Assembly: GCA_963810095.1 (NCBI GenBank)
Contig: CAWEMM010000006.1
Coordinates: forward strand, 1,632,001 to 1,696,000
Source: an uncultured Chloroflexia bacterium
GTDB taxonomy: Bacteria; Chloroflexota; Anaerolineae; CG2-30-64-16
Direction: 5' to 3'
Length of the DNA stretch: 64,000 bases
The notes under the pieces were generated by a model. It made no database searches, was not told the origin of the DNA, and worked only from the letters and a program-made list of their open reading frames with translations. Position numbers and translations under genes: made by a program. Position 1 is the first letter of the stretch; each line of letters starts with the position of its first letter. Positions 51,885 to 61,385 of the stretch are shown piece after piece.

Positions 51885-53162
51885 TTACGGCTTCCGGGCG
51901 GCCAGGCGAGTGTAGAGCGCCTCTATCTTGGGGAACTTGCGCGCCCACGTGTGTTGGGCATAGACCTTCGCTCGGCCGGCCTCGCCCAGCGCTTCCCGGC
52001 GCTCAGGGCTATCCAGCAACCGGCGCAGCGCGGCTGTCAGTGCCGGCATGTCGCCAAATGGCACCAGCATCCCGTCCTGTCCGTCCGTGATGACGTCGGT
52101 CACGCCCCACGTGCCGCGCCCCGATGACCGGCTTGCCGTACAGCCAGGCCTCCAGGTACACGATCCCGAACGAGTCGGTGCGGCTGGGCATGGCGAAAAT
52201 GTCTGCGGCGGCCAGCAGATCGCGCTTCTCCGCATCAGACACGGGGCCCAGCAGGCGTATCCGTTCACGGTCGGCGGGGGGAGAGCGGCGAGGTACTGGA
52301 CGAACGGCTCGAGCGGCGCGCCGGCCAGGACCAGTTCCACTGCGACGCCGGCTTGCCACAGCCCACGCACCGCCTCGACGACGTGGACCGTCCCCTTGTC
52401 GTACATGAGGGTCGAGAGCGAAGCGATAATGGGGGCGCTCAATCCATTGCGCGCCCGCCAGGCCGCACCGTCGCCACCCAGCACCTCCGCCGGGTCGATG
52501 CCCGGCCCCGCGACTGCGATCTTTTCCTCGGGGATCCCTTGCCCTCTGTAGAACTCGCGCTCGCTCGCGGTCATCGCGACGACTGCGTCGCTGCCACGGA
52601 CCAAGGCCACCTGGTGACGCATCGTATAGAAGCGGCTCAGCGCGTCTTCGCCCGGCCGCGTGCCCGCGCCGAGATGGGTGAGTGGGTAACAAACAAAGGG
52701 CAGCTTGCGGCGGCGCGCCAACTGGAGGCCGGCCAGGATGAGGGGTTCGAAGCAGATGGTGGACGCGGCCACCAGGTCGAACTCGGTCTCGTCCGTGGCC
52801 AGCCAGCGCCACAGATCGGGCACCCACGGGGTGAAGCGGGAGAGGGCGTTGAGCCAGGCAACAGGCGCGACGTTGCCGGCTGACAAGAGCCAGATCAGCC
52901 GGCGCACGGCAGGATAGGAGAGTTGCGGAAATGGCAGGTGGCGCACCGGGAAGCGTCGGATGCTGACGCCGCGATGCGTCGACCGTGGGTCAGCGATCCG
53001 GCGGCGCGCCCGATTCCAGAACAACTCGATGTCGAGCGCATCGGTCGTTGCAACCGTTACTGCATGTCCGTTTGCGACCAGTTGCTCGGATATGTGGGCG
53101 AGGTAACTCTCGGCGCCGCCGATGGCCGGCCAGTAGCGCTGGCTTAGGTGAAGAACACGCAC
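51885..53162 (-). CDS. Glycosyltransferase family 4; compensating frameshifts around 52280-52110
   Basis: QRYWPAIGGAE, DKG, PSRTDSFGIVYLEAW..GKPVIG (alternate frame), DVITDGQDG. Confidence 0.88.
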   Translation of the reverse strand: MRVLHLSQRYWPAIGGAESYLAHISEQLVANGHAVTVATTDALDIELFWNRARRRIADPRSTHRGVSIRRFPVRHLPFPQLSYPAVRRLIWLLSAGNVAPVAWLNALSRFTPWVPDLWRWLATDETEFDLVAASTICFEPLILAGLQLARRRKLPFVCYPLTHLGAGTRPGEDALSRFYTMRHQVALVRGSDAVVAMTASEREFYRGQGIPEEKIAVAGPGIDPAEVLGGDGAAWRARNGLSAPIIASLSTLMYDKGTVHVVEAVRGLWQAGVAVELVLAGAPLEPFVQYLAALPPPTVNGYACWAPCLMRRSAICWPPQTFSPCPAAPTRSGSCTWRPGCTASRSSGRGTWGVTDVITDGQDGMLVPFGDMPALTAALRRLLDSPERREALGEAGRAKVYAQHTWARKFPKIEALYTRLAARKP

Positions 53163-56143
53163 TACCGCATTATCATCGGAACCAGCGACTTGTAAAGGTT
53201 TGCGGCCACTTTCAGCCGGACTGTTGCGGTCGTCTGGGGGTAGGCGCCCGAGGAATCCTCAATCTCGATCTCGGCCGTGTAGTTGCCCGGCGCGAGGCCC
53301 GAAGGTTGGATGCTCAGGCCCAGGGTGCCCGGCGTCTTGCCACTCGCCGTCTCCACTTTCGCCCAGCCCGCATTTGAGACGGCTCGCCAACTGACCGTGA
53401 CCTGGTCGGTCGTGGCGACGCTCAGTTGAATCGTCTTGGATTGTTTTTGCGTCGTGAGGACCGTCACTTCACCGGGTGAGGCAAGAAGCATCCGGGGCGC
53501 CCGGCTGTCGGCCACCGCAAGCGCAATGGCCGCATCTTGGCCAGGCCAGGTGGGCGTCAGATTCTTGGCGGGTGCAGGCGCCGCGCCGCCGGTGTGGATG
53601 CCGCCTTCCTTATCGAGAACATAGAAGCCGCGTCCGTCGGCCGTGATCACGAGGTCGCGGGCCCAGTCCTCGTTCATGTGCAGGGGGTAGTTGGCTGAAA
53701 GGGCGGGCGCGCCGCCAAAAGGCCATACCCGGCCATAGCTGTCCAGCACGTACGCACCCGAGCCGCCCGGCGCCAGCCGGATCTTACGGGCGATATCGCC
53801 CTCGAAGCGTGGATTGCCCTGCAGCCCCGCCGCCGTCCCGCCCGTCAGGATGCTCCCGTCGCTCAACAATACGTAAACGCCCTTCCCGTTTTTGGTGAGG
53901 ACGCCGCTGCGCGCCCTCGGTGCGCCCTGAACGGGGGGCGGCGGGCTGATGTCGAGGGCGCCGGCGCTGTGGACGAGGCGAGCATAACGGTCGAGGATAT
54001 AGTAGTACGAGCTGTCGTCTTCCCGCATGAGCAGCTCGACCGCGTCGGGGACGAAGCCGTGCCCGCCCGGCGCCGGTGCCGTTCCGCCCTGCCAGACGCC
54101 GCCCTGGTAGTCGAGCAACTCGTACCCACGCTTGTCGGAGGTCAACCCCAGGTCCTTGACCTCCGCCCAGTTCCAGTAATTACTCGGCGCGCTGAGTGGT
54201 GCGGCCAGGCCACCCGCATACACGCCACCCTGCGAACCGCCCCCGACGCGGCTCAGGACGTAATAGGCGATCTCGGAACTCGCCTTCACCTCGCGCCATG
54301 CGCTGCCGCCGAACAAGCGTCCCGACCCATCTGCCATGCGCCACGAACTCATCCTGTAACCGGATTCGCCTTCGTTTTCCATTGCGAAGTTGAAAGTCTT
54401 GCGTTGTCCTGGGGCAATGGCGTCGCTGCTGCTCAGCGCCACCCGTCTTCCGGGCGCCAGCGAGTTGTCGGCCGCAGCCTGAAGATGGACCCCCGAGGCT
54501 GCGGTCCAGGTTTGCGTGCCCGTGTTCTCGAAGGTGACCTGGACGGCCCGAGACTCGCCGTCTGCCAGGACGGCGGGCATGTTCTGGCTCACGAGCCGCG
54601 CGCCAAACGCCTTTTTTGGCTCGTAGGTGGCCTCATGGAGGGCGTTGCGTCGGTACATGGGCCAGGGCGAGGAAGGCGTCACGTCCTTGATTTCCCAGGC
54701 GTAGATCAGCCCACTGCCCACTACTTTCGCGTTCGCGTCGTACTGGGCGCCGGCCCGCACGACCTCGGCGCGGCCGTCTCCGTCGAGGTCGGCCACGACG
54801 GGCGTCGTGCCCAGGCACCATGCATTGAACATGTACATGCTCGGTTTGCCCGATGCACTGGTGTTACCGACATGGGTGAGGAGCGTCCCGTTGTTATCGA
54901 TCACGACCGTGTCGCAATAGGTGTTGATGAAGACTTCGAGTTGGGGGTCTTTGTCGAAGTTGGCGAGCACGGGCGACGAGTGGTGAAGCGGGCCCTGATT
55001 ACCGAAGTTGTCTTGGACGAGCGTGGGCCATCCCGCGACGCGCTGGCCGTTGGCGTGGAACGCGTAGACCTTCCCGTCGTTGGCGGTCGCAACGACCTCG
55101 GGGTCGCCGTCACCGTCGAGATCGCCAATGGACGGTGCGCCCATCGTGTAACCGCCCGTGGCGGCCGGCCAGCCCGGGAGGGGGTTGCCGTTGCCGTCCC
55201 AGGCATAGACCGCCATGCCCTTGCCACTGTAGAAATTGCCGGTGCCGGTGACGATGTCAAGGCGGCCGTCGCCGTTGAGATCGGCCACCGCCGGCGACGA
55301 ATAGATGGTCTGGTCGATCTGTTTCGGGAAGTTGGGCTGTTCGGAGCCATCGCCTCGCAGCACATCGAGCCGGCCGAGGTCGTTCCCGATGATCACTTCG
55401 GGCCGGCCGTCGTCGTCGAGATCTGCAACCGCAGGCGAAGACCATACCGTATCGTACACAAATCTCGGCCAGCCGGTGACCAACTGGCCGTCGTGGTGCC
55501 ACGCGTAGTAACGCATGTCCCAGCCGCCAACCACAATTTCCAGGTCGCCGTCGCCGTCCAGGTCGGCGAGCGCCGGGCTGCTGTAGAACCCCTCCAGCCA
55601 GCCGTCCGGTCCGCCCATGGCCGGGCCGATCTGATCGCTGCCCAGCTGCGGCCAGCCAGATCGCAGCTTGCCGTCGTGGCTGAGGACGACCATGCCTCCG
55701 TTGTAGCCGGTCACGTCGGTAGGAGCTCCGACGCTCACCACGACGTCTAGCCAGCCGTCATTGTCGAGATCGCCCACGGCCGGCGCCGAATCGATGCGGC
55801 TTTTGCCTGGCCTGGGCGCGCGCGTGTTGATCGGCCCGGTCGTGTCGAACGTCCACATGATGGAACCGTCGGCGCGCACCGCGTAGACTTTTCCGTCGAT
55901 CCCACCGACGATAATCTCGCGCTTGCCGTCGTTATCCAGGTCGGCGATGACAGGAGACGCATATTCGACGGCTGCGCCGGGCAAGACGCGTCCTTTTTCG
56001 AATCCGGGCTGACTTGACACGGGGCTAAAGGGCTGCGCATGCGTGAGCGGCGTCGAGGCGAGCACAAACGCCACGCTGAGAAGGCTCGTCAGCAAAAGCC
56101 GCAGGCGCCCGCGCGGAAAGGGCAGGTGGGTGCGAGCTAGCAT
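53162..56143 (-). CDS. Secreted FG-GAP/VCBS repeat protein with Ig-like, second repeat and BACON-like domains
   Basis: Signal peptide (THA-Q); about 8 S(S/A)P..(A/G)DLD.DG..E(I/V)V repeats with GWP motifs; WPMYRRNALH; VTFENTGTQTW; G.YVLD..G repeats; ends NLYKSLVPMIMR. Confidence 0.85.
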   Translation of the reverse strand: MLARTHLPFPRGRLRLLLTSLLSVAFVLASTPLTHAQPFSPVSSQPGFEKGRVLPGAAVEYASPVIADLDNDGKREIIVGGIDGKVYAVRADGSIMWTFDTTGPINTRAPRPGKSRIDSAPAVGDLDNDGWLDVVVSVGAPTDVTGYNGGMVVLSHDGKLRSGWPQLGSDQIGPAMGGPDGWLEGFYSSPALADLDGDGDLEIVVGGWDMRYYAWHHDGQLVTGWPRFVYDTVWSSPAVADLDDDGRPEVIIGNDLGRLDVLRGDGSEQPNFPKQIDQTIYSSPAVADLNGDGRLDIVTGTGNFYSGKGMAVYAWDGNGNPLPGWPAATGGYTMGAPSIGDLDGDGDPEVVATANDGKVYAFHANGQRVAGWPTLVQDNFGNQGPLHHSSPVLANFDKDPQLEVFINTYCDTVVIDNNGTLLTHVGNTSASGKPSMYMFNAWCLGTTPVVADLDGDGRAEVVRAGAQYDANAKVVGSGLIYAWEIKDVTPSSPWPMYRRNALHEATYEPKKAFGARLVSQNMPAVLADGESRAVQVTFENTGTQTWTAASGVHLQAAADNSLAPGRRVALSSSDAIAPGQRKTFNFAMENEGESGYRMSSWRMADGSGRLFGGSAWREVKASSEIAYYVLSRVGGGSQGGVYAGGLAAPLSAPSNYWNWAEVKDLGLTSDKRGYELLDYQGGVWQGGTAPAPGGHGFVPDAVELLMREDDSSYYYILDRYARLVHSAGALDISPPPPVQGAPRARSGVLTKNGKGVYVLLSDGSILTGGTAAGLQGNPRFEGDIARKIRLAPGGSGAYVLDSYGRVWPFGGAPALSANYPLHMNEDWARDLVITADGRGFYVLDKEGGIHTGGAAPAPAKNLTPTWPGQDAAIALAVADSRAPRMLLASPGEVTVLTTQKQSKTIQLSVATTDQVTVSWRAVSNAGWAKVETASGKTPGTLGLSIQPSGLAPGNYTAEIEIEDSSGAYPQTTATVRLKVAANLYKSLVPMIMR

Positions 56144-56326
56144 TATTGTTTCTCCGTAATACGCCCGGGCGCCAGTGGATCCGAGGAACCCCAAACGGAT
56201 ACTGGCTGCACCGGGGGGAAGAGAGAAAGAGAAGAAAATGCGTAATTAGTTTAACGCACGGTAGTGGAAAATACCAATTGCGGCCGGGGCCAGTTCTTTA
56301 TGAGCAGCAAATTCTGGCAGATGCGA

Positions 56327-57658
56327 TCAAGCTTGCGGGAGAACACGCACCGGGAAGGTCGCGGTTGCCGAGCCGCGATGTTCGAACCAGACGACTGCCT
56401 CGTCGACCATGTCCAGTTTGACCTGATAGAGCCCCGGCTCCTGCGGCGCGGTCAGTTGGATGCTGACAGGCTGCATGGCGCCCGGGGCCACCGGGCCAGA
56501 CAGGTAACCTCGACCGTAGTCGTATATCAGGGCAAGGCCATCTTCTCCAAGGAGTTTTGCGCCCAGAGCCACGTGCCCTCCCCACTCGCGCGGCTGGTTG
56601 AGCCAGAGTGTGTCGCCGAGATTAGTGACTTCTGTCGAGACTGTGAAGGACTGACCGGCAACCAGGCTCGTAGGCGGCGTCAACACCCGAATGCCCGCAT
56701 TCAGAATGCTGGGGCGGCGGCTGTCCGGCAGGCGGGTCTCTTTCTCTGCAATGACTAACGGATGAATGTGCACGGAGTTACGAAGTAGGAGCCAGCTTTG
56801 GAGCGGAAGGATGGCATTGTCGGGCACAGCCTCAGCGGAAAACAAGGCGCGCATTTTCTCGCGCACGGTGCGGACGGGGATGCGTTCTGCGCCTTTGCGC
56901 AGCAGTTGCTTCGCCAGGGCCTTGCCCTGGCTGGCAACGGGTTGGAAGGGACCATCGAGCGAACTGACGCGCCGCCACGTATTCAAGTCGTAGTTGGGAG
57001 GCGGGTACAGGTAGGGTTGCACCGAAACGTGGGCAAATCCTGCCTTGACGCATGCCTCCAGCAATTCGTCGACGACGATATCGCGTTCCATGACGCCCAA
57101 CTCGGCCATTTCCGCCCGGGATTGGGGGTGGTTGGAATGGCCCGCGCCCGGTTCTGAAAAGACAACCCGGCCGTCCGGCTTCAGCACCCGGTGCACCTCG
57201 GCCAACACCCCCGGGATGTTCTCGGCATGGTGCAGCGCGGAAAGGCAGATCGCGCTGTCGACCGTGTGGTCGGCAAAGGGCAGCCGTTCGAAATCGCCGG
57301 CCGCTTGTTTTGCTTCGGGCCCCAGCCGCTGCCGCCCGATCCGGAGCATATCGTGCGCGTAATCGAGCGAGATCGTATCGACCAGCAGCCGGTTCAGCCA
57401 CTCGGACACCCAGCACGACCCGGCGCCCAACTCGAGCACCAGGTCGCCGGGGGCCGGGTCGAGCGCATGCACCGCCATGGTGAAGTTAAAAATCTCGCCG
57501 AGCGATAGCCGCAGGTTCGTCATACCCCGGCCGGCGAAGGGCACATTGAGCAGCCATGTGCCTTCCGCTGCGCCCGAGTTGGACGTGCTCTTGCGCTGCA
57601 CCGCCTCGGCCTCGCGCGCCTTATCGTGCTGGATGACTTTCAAGCTATCTGATGTCAT
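56327..57658 (-). CDS. Class I SAM methyltransferase with C-terminal Ig-like domain
   Basis: VLELGAGSCW, GDFERLPF, ALHH, RVLKPDG; tail VTNLGDTLW...APQEPGLY. Confidence 0.82.
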   Translation of the reverse strand: MTSDSLKVIQHDKAREAEAVQRKSTSNSGAAEGTWLLNVPFAGRGMTNLRLSLGEIFNFTMAVHALDPAPGDLVLELGAGSCWVSEWLNRLLVDTISLDYAHDMLRIGRQRLGPEAKQAAGDFERLPFADHTVDSAICLSALHHAENIPGVLAEVHRVLKPDGRVVFSEPGAGHSNHPQSRAEMAELGVMERDIVVDELLEACVKAGFAHVSVQPYLYPPPNYDLNTWRRVSSLDGPFQPVASQGKALAKQLLRKGAERIPVRTVREKMRALFSAEAVPDNAILPLQSWLLLRNSVHIHPLVIAEKETRLPDSRRPSILNAGIRVLTPPTSLVAGQSFTVSTEVTNLGDTLWLNQPREWGGHVALGAKLLGEDGLALIYDYGRGYLSGPVAPGAMQPVSIQLTAPQEPGLYQVKLDMVDEAVVWFEHRGSATATFPVRVLPQA

Positions 57659-60120
57659 TCCGTCTCACTCGCTGCACTGGAGCGGGGCTCGATGGAGAAC
57701 GAGCGCGATACCCGCAGACCCCCGTGGCCCTCATAATGTACCTCGACGGCAAGGTCTTCGCCTGCCGAGCAGCTGAACGGGACTACAAAACGCGTTTGAT
57801 CTTGGAGGTCGCGTCCGTGCACTACTTCGACTCCATGGATCCACTGTTCCTCGTGAGACCGCACTTCGAGCCGTGCGACTTCGGACCACGGGTCTTCAGG
57901 GTTTTCGCCGGTATGCAACTCGAACACGGCAAGATACGCGCCTGGGCGGAGTCCCTGGACTGCAGTGGCGCCCAGCAGTCCAGGAGGGGCCAGCCGAGCG
58001 GCACAGATATCTTGCTCATCACCGGCCGCTGCGACCCCAGCGAGCAGCGCCGTTCGCGCGCTGCTTGCTGGCGCCGGCGCGGCGCCTGCAAGGTCCCAGG
58101 CCGGCTTCTCGAAGACATAGCTGTTCCACAGGCCCTGTGCTAACAGCGGCTCGGCCTTGTTCATGCGCCGCTCGATGTCGCCCCTGCGGATGAAGCCTTG
58201 CCGGGTGAAGATCCTTGTCCACCAGCGGTAGGAGGCCGCGATAAGGTGCCCGTGGATCGGCCGCCCGCGATCGTCAAGCTGCAGGTCCTCAATGGGTGCG
58301 GGATCGGGAAAGTCGCGGTTCGCCAGGTAGCGCGGTAAAGCCGCCTCCTGGATTTTGCCCTGCGGCCAGCCATTCGGGGGGCCGAAGTCGTTGGGGCCCA
58401 GGGAAGGCGTGGTGATCCAGGCCTTTCCGGCAGAAACGCGATAGATCTCCGCAACTGTGCGCAGCGCATTCTCCTCCGTCAGGTGCTCCAGCGTCTCGTT
58501 GCACACGACCAGGTCGAAGGCGCAGGCGGGCTTGTCGATGTCCGTGCAACTCCCTACTGCAACGTAGGGCCGGACCGCGGGCGGAGCCGCGTTGATGGCA
58601 TAGGAACTGACGTCCAGGCCCCACGCGTCGATCTTGGTGCGGCGCAAGGCATCCACCAGGAAGCCTTTCGCGCACCCGAGATCCAAGACGCGACTAGGTG
58701 CAAAGTACCTGGTCACGATATTTACGGCCGCTGCGATGGCGGGGTCGGAGGCCGAGTAACCGGCGTAGCCGCTCTTGGCGCCTTGTTCCTTCTCTCCGTC
58801 GTAGTATTCGCGGCCGTAGAACTGCGCCGATTGCGTCTCGGCGATGCGGGGTGCCAGATCCGTGGGCCGATCCGGCCCGTCATTCCCTTCGCCCGGGTCG
58901 AAACCCAGCCGCCTCACCAGCACTCCGAGGTCGCGGTTATCCTCGCTCGTGCCCAGCTGCTTGGGGTTGAACGTAGGCGTAACCGACAGGATGGCCTCGA
59001 CCTCGCCGGTCAGCCCTTCGGGCGTCTCAAATACGACTTCGCGCCACTCGTTCCCCTTGACCTGCTGCGATACGGACACGCCGCCGGTTTCGAGCGTCAG
59101 CGTAACCTCGGCGGAGGTCGGGTGCATCACACTTGCCTCAACCACAAAACGGTTCGTGCGGGCCGGCGCGCGCAGGTAGGCGACGGCGCAGCCGGAGGTC
59201 CACCGGGCGGGGTAGGGCAACCTCTCCAGGGGGTGCCACCCTTTCCCGATCTGTACGACGTCGTTCTCGCCCATGACGATATCGGGCCGCCGCACGTGAC
59301 GGAGGCTCGCCATGCTCCGATAGAGCCAGCCGGGATAGTAATAGATCGGGCGTCCGCTGGCCCGTGCGACCAGGAACAGGTTGTCGCGCCAGTGCTGCCG
59401 GACGCCTTTCAGGATGCGCGTCAGACCGTGGGCGGGGTAGATGTCGGCGATTTTGATCTGCTCGAGCTTGAAACCGCACCCTTCCACGATTTCGATGAGC
59501 TCGCGCGGCGTGTACTCACGATTGTGTCTGCCGTAGACGCCGTAGCCCGAATACTGGTCGTACACGTTCCGGTTCGCGCCCAGCCGCCAGAGGTTCTGAA
59601 AGGCCAGCACGTTCGGCGTCGTCAGCACGAGCGCGCCCCCCGGCTTCAGCACGCGCTGGCATTCGCACAGGTAGGCCGTGGGGTCGAGGGTCAGGTGTTC
59701 GAAGATTTCGCAGTTCAGCACGACGTCGAAAGCATGATCTGGGTAGGGGAACTCGTCGATCTCGCCGTTGAAATGGTCGTACTCGAACTCGTGCGTTTCG
59801 TCGTACTTTTCGCTGCTGACGACTTGCTTGCCCCGGCCGTTCGCCGGTCCCGCGGCGCCGAAGTAATTGGCGAGGGTGATGTCATACGACCTAAAACGCT
59901 TCATCAGCAAGGTCAGGAAGTACGGATTGCCGCCCAGTTCGAGCAGTTTCTGGCCGGGACGGTCTGTTCGTGGGATCATCGACAGCGTGATGAGGAAGCG
60001 CTCCAGGGCCAGCCCGATGTAGCTTTGCCCCTCTGCCTCGTTCCCCACGAACAGGTCGAAACTCGCCAGGTAATCGCGAATCGCAGCCGTATCCCGTTCT
60101 CCAAACTGGGCACCATTCAT
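57655..60120 (-). CDS. Multidomain protein with two class I methyltransferase domains and beta-sandwich spacers
   Basis: LLELGGNP...EIFEHL...RVLKPGG...TTPN; second RVLDLGCAKG...ETLEHL; GW.PLE..RW and D.RDLGV motifs. Confidence 0.82.
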   Translation of the reverse strand: MNGAQFGERDTAAIRDYLASFDLFVGNEAEGQSYIGLALERFLITLSMIPRTDRPGQKLLELGGNPYFLTLLMKRFRSYDITLANYFGAAGPANGRGKQVVSSEKYDETHEFEYDHFNGEIDEFPYPDHAFDVVLNCEIFEHLTLDPTAYLCECQRVLKPGGALVLTTPNVLAFQNLWRLGANRNVYDQYSGYGVYGRHNREYTPRELIEIVEGCGFKLEQIKIADIYPAHGLTRILKGVRQHWRDNLFLVARASGRPIYYYPGWLYRSMASLRHVRRPDIVMGENDVVQIGKGWHPLERLPYPARWTSGCAVAYLRAPARTNRFVVEASVMHPTSAEVTLTLETGGVSVSQQVKGNEWREVVFETPEGLTGEVEAILSVTPTFNPKQLGTSEDNRDLGVLVRRLGFDPGEGNDGPDRPTDLAPRIAETQSAQFYGREYYDGEKEQGAKSGYAGYSASDPAIAAAVNIVTRYFAPSRVLDLGCAKGFLVDALRRTKIDAWGLDVSSYAINAAPPAVRPYVAVGSCTDIDKPACAFDLVVCNETLEHLTEENALRTVAEIYRVSAGKAWITTPSLGPNDFGPPNGWPQGKIQEAALPRYLANRDFPDPAPIEDLQLDDRGRPIHGHLIAASYRWWTRIFTRQGFIRRGDIERRMNKAEPLLAQGLWNSYVFEKPAWDLAGAAPAPASSARTALLAGVAAAGDEQDICAARLAPPGLLGATAVQGLRPGAYLAVFELHTGENPEDPWSEVARLEVRSHEEQWIHGVEVVHGRDLQDQTRFVVPFSCSAGEDLAVEVHYEGHGGLRVSRSFSIEPRSSAASETE

Positions 60121-61385
60121 GCTTGTACTGTCTCCATCTTGTCACCGTGAAGAATGACATGGTCGACGAGGCGCCTGTAGCGCTCGGCCATGCTGTCTTG
60201 ATTGTAGTTCTGCCCGACGTAGGCCCGGCCATTTTGGCCCAGCCGGCGGCGCCACTCCTGCGAGCCAGACAGCAGCACCCGCAGCGCCTCCACAAATTCG
60301 GCGCCACCTTCGTAGTATAACCCCGCACTGCTCCGCTGTACATGGCCCTTCAGGACATCGCTCTGCCCGTTGACGAGCACCGGCGCGCCGGCGGCCATGG
60401 CCTCCAACGTGACTATTGAGAAACTCTCGAAGGGAGAAGGATTAATGACCACCGTCGCGGCTGCCATCGCGGCCGCCTTGTCCTCTTCCGATACGTGGCC
60501 CAGGTAGCGAATGTGGCGGCCCTGCGGGATGGTCATCTGCCGGCTGCCGATCAGCACCAAGGGGAGGTCGTGACGCAGGTATTTCCGGCTCAGCGCATAA
60601 TACTCGAACAGCTCGCCGCAGCCTTTCGTCGGATCGATCCGCCCCGCGTAGAGCAGGAAGGGGCCGCGGATGCCGTGCCTGCGCCGGAACGCAGCCTCGC
60701 TGCCGGTCGTCGCCACGGTGACCGGCATGCCCAGCGTGGCGCAGTACGCGCGGCCGACTCCGAACGTCTCCGTGACGAAGCGCCGCTCTTCCGGCGTCAG
60801 GAATGCGAATGTGCCGATTCGCCGGAACATGGAGCGGAAGGCCGGGATGAAGATGACCGCTTCGTCGTGGGCCGTGGGCGCCAGGATCGTTTTGGCGCTC
60901 GGCACGACCTGCGAGCCAAAATAGGTGGGCGCGTACAGATAGGTGATGAAGAAGACGGCGCTGTACTTCTCATGCTGCGTAGCGAGGTACTGTAGCATGG
61001 GCGTCGAGTACGGTCCCTGCTCCCGGATAAACTGCTCCTGCTCGTCGGGCGTGCCGCGGCCGACCAGCGCGCGGATCGCACTCTTGTGCCGCTGGTAGGC
61101 CGACAGGGGCAACCCGCCAAGCATCCGGTTGAACAAGACGTGGAAGCTCTCATCACGCTCGAAGTCGACCGGGAAGCGATGGACCAACGCGCCGTCGACC
61201 GTGCTGGTCCCTTCGGGGTACTCGTTGCGCCAGGTAAAGTAGTCCTTTGCGCAGGTGGTAATGATTTCGACGGGTCTGGCCGGCTGCAGCATCTGGGCGA
61301 TGGTCCGCGCCAACGATTCCGCACCGCCGATGAGGTCCACGCCGTATCGCTGCACGACCAGCGCCACGGGCCGGGGGTCGTTCAT
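60117..61385 (-). CDS. Glycosyltransferase family 4
   Basis: VVQRYG..IGGAE, YAGRIDPTKG, PSPFESFSIVTLEAM. Confidence 0.9.
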   Translation of the reverse strand: MNDPRPVALVVQRYGVDLIGGAESLARTIAQMLQPARPVEIITTCAKDYFTWRNEYPEGTSTVDGALVHRFPVDFERDESFHVLFNRMLGGLPLSAYQRHKSAIRALVGRGTPDEQEQFIREQGPYSTPMLQYLATQHEKYSAVFFITYLYAPTYFGSQVVPSAKTILAPTAHDEAVIFIPAFRSMFRRIGTFAFLTPEERRFVTETFGVGRAYCATLGMPVTVATTGSEAAFRRRHGIRGPFLLYAGRIDPTKGCGELFEYYALSRKYLRHDLPLVLIGSRQMTIPQGRHIRYLGHVSEEDKAAAMAAATVVINPSPFESFSIVTLEAMAAGAPVLVNGQSDVLKGHVQRSSAGLYYEGGAEFVEALRVLLSGSQEWRRRLGQNGRAYVGQNYNQDSMAERYRRLVDHVILHGDKMETVQA

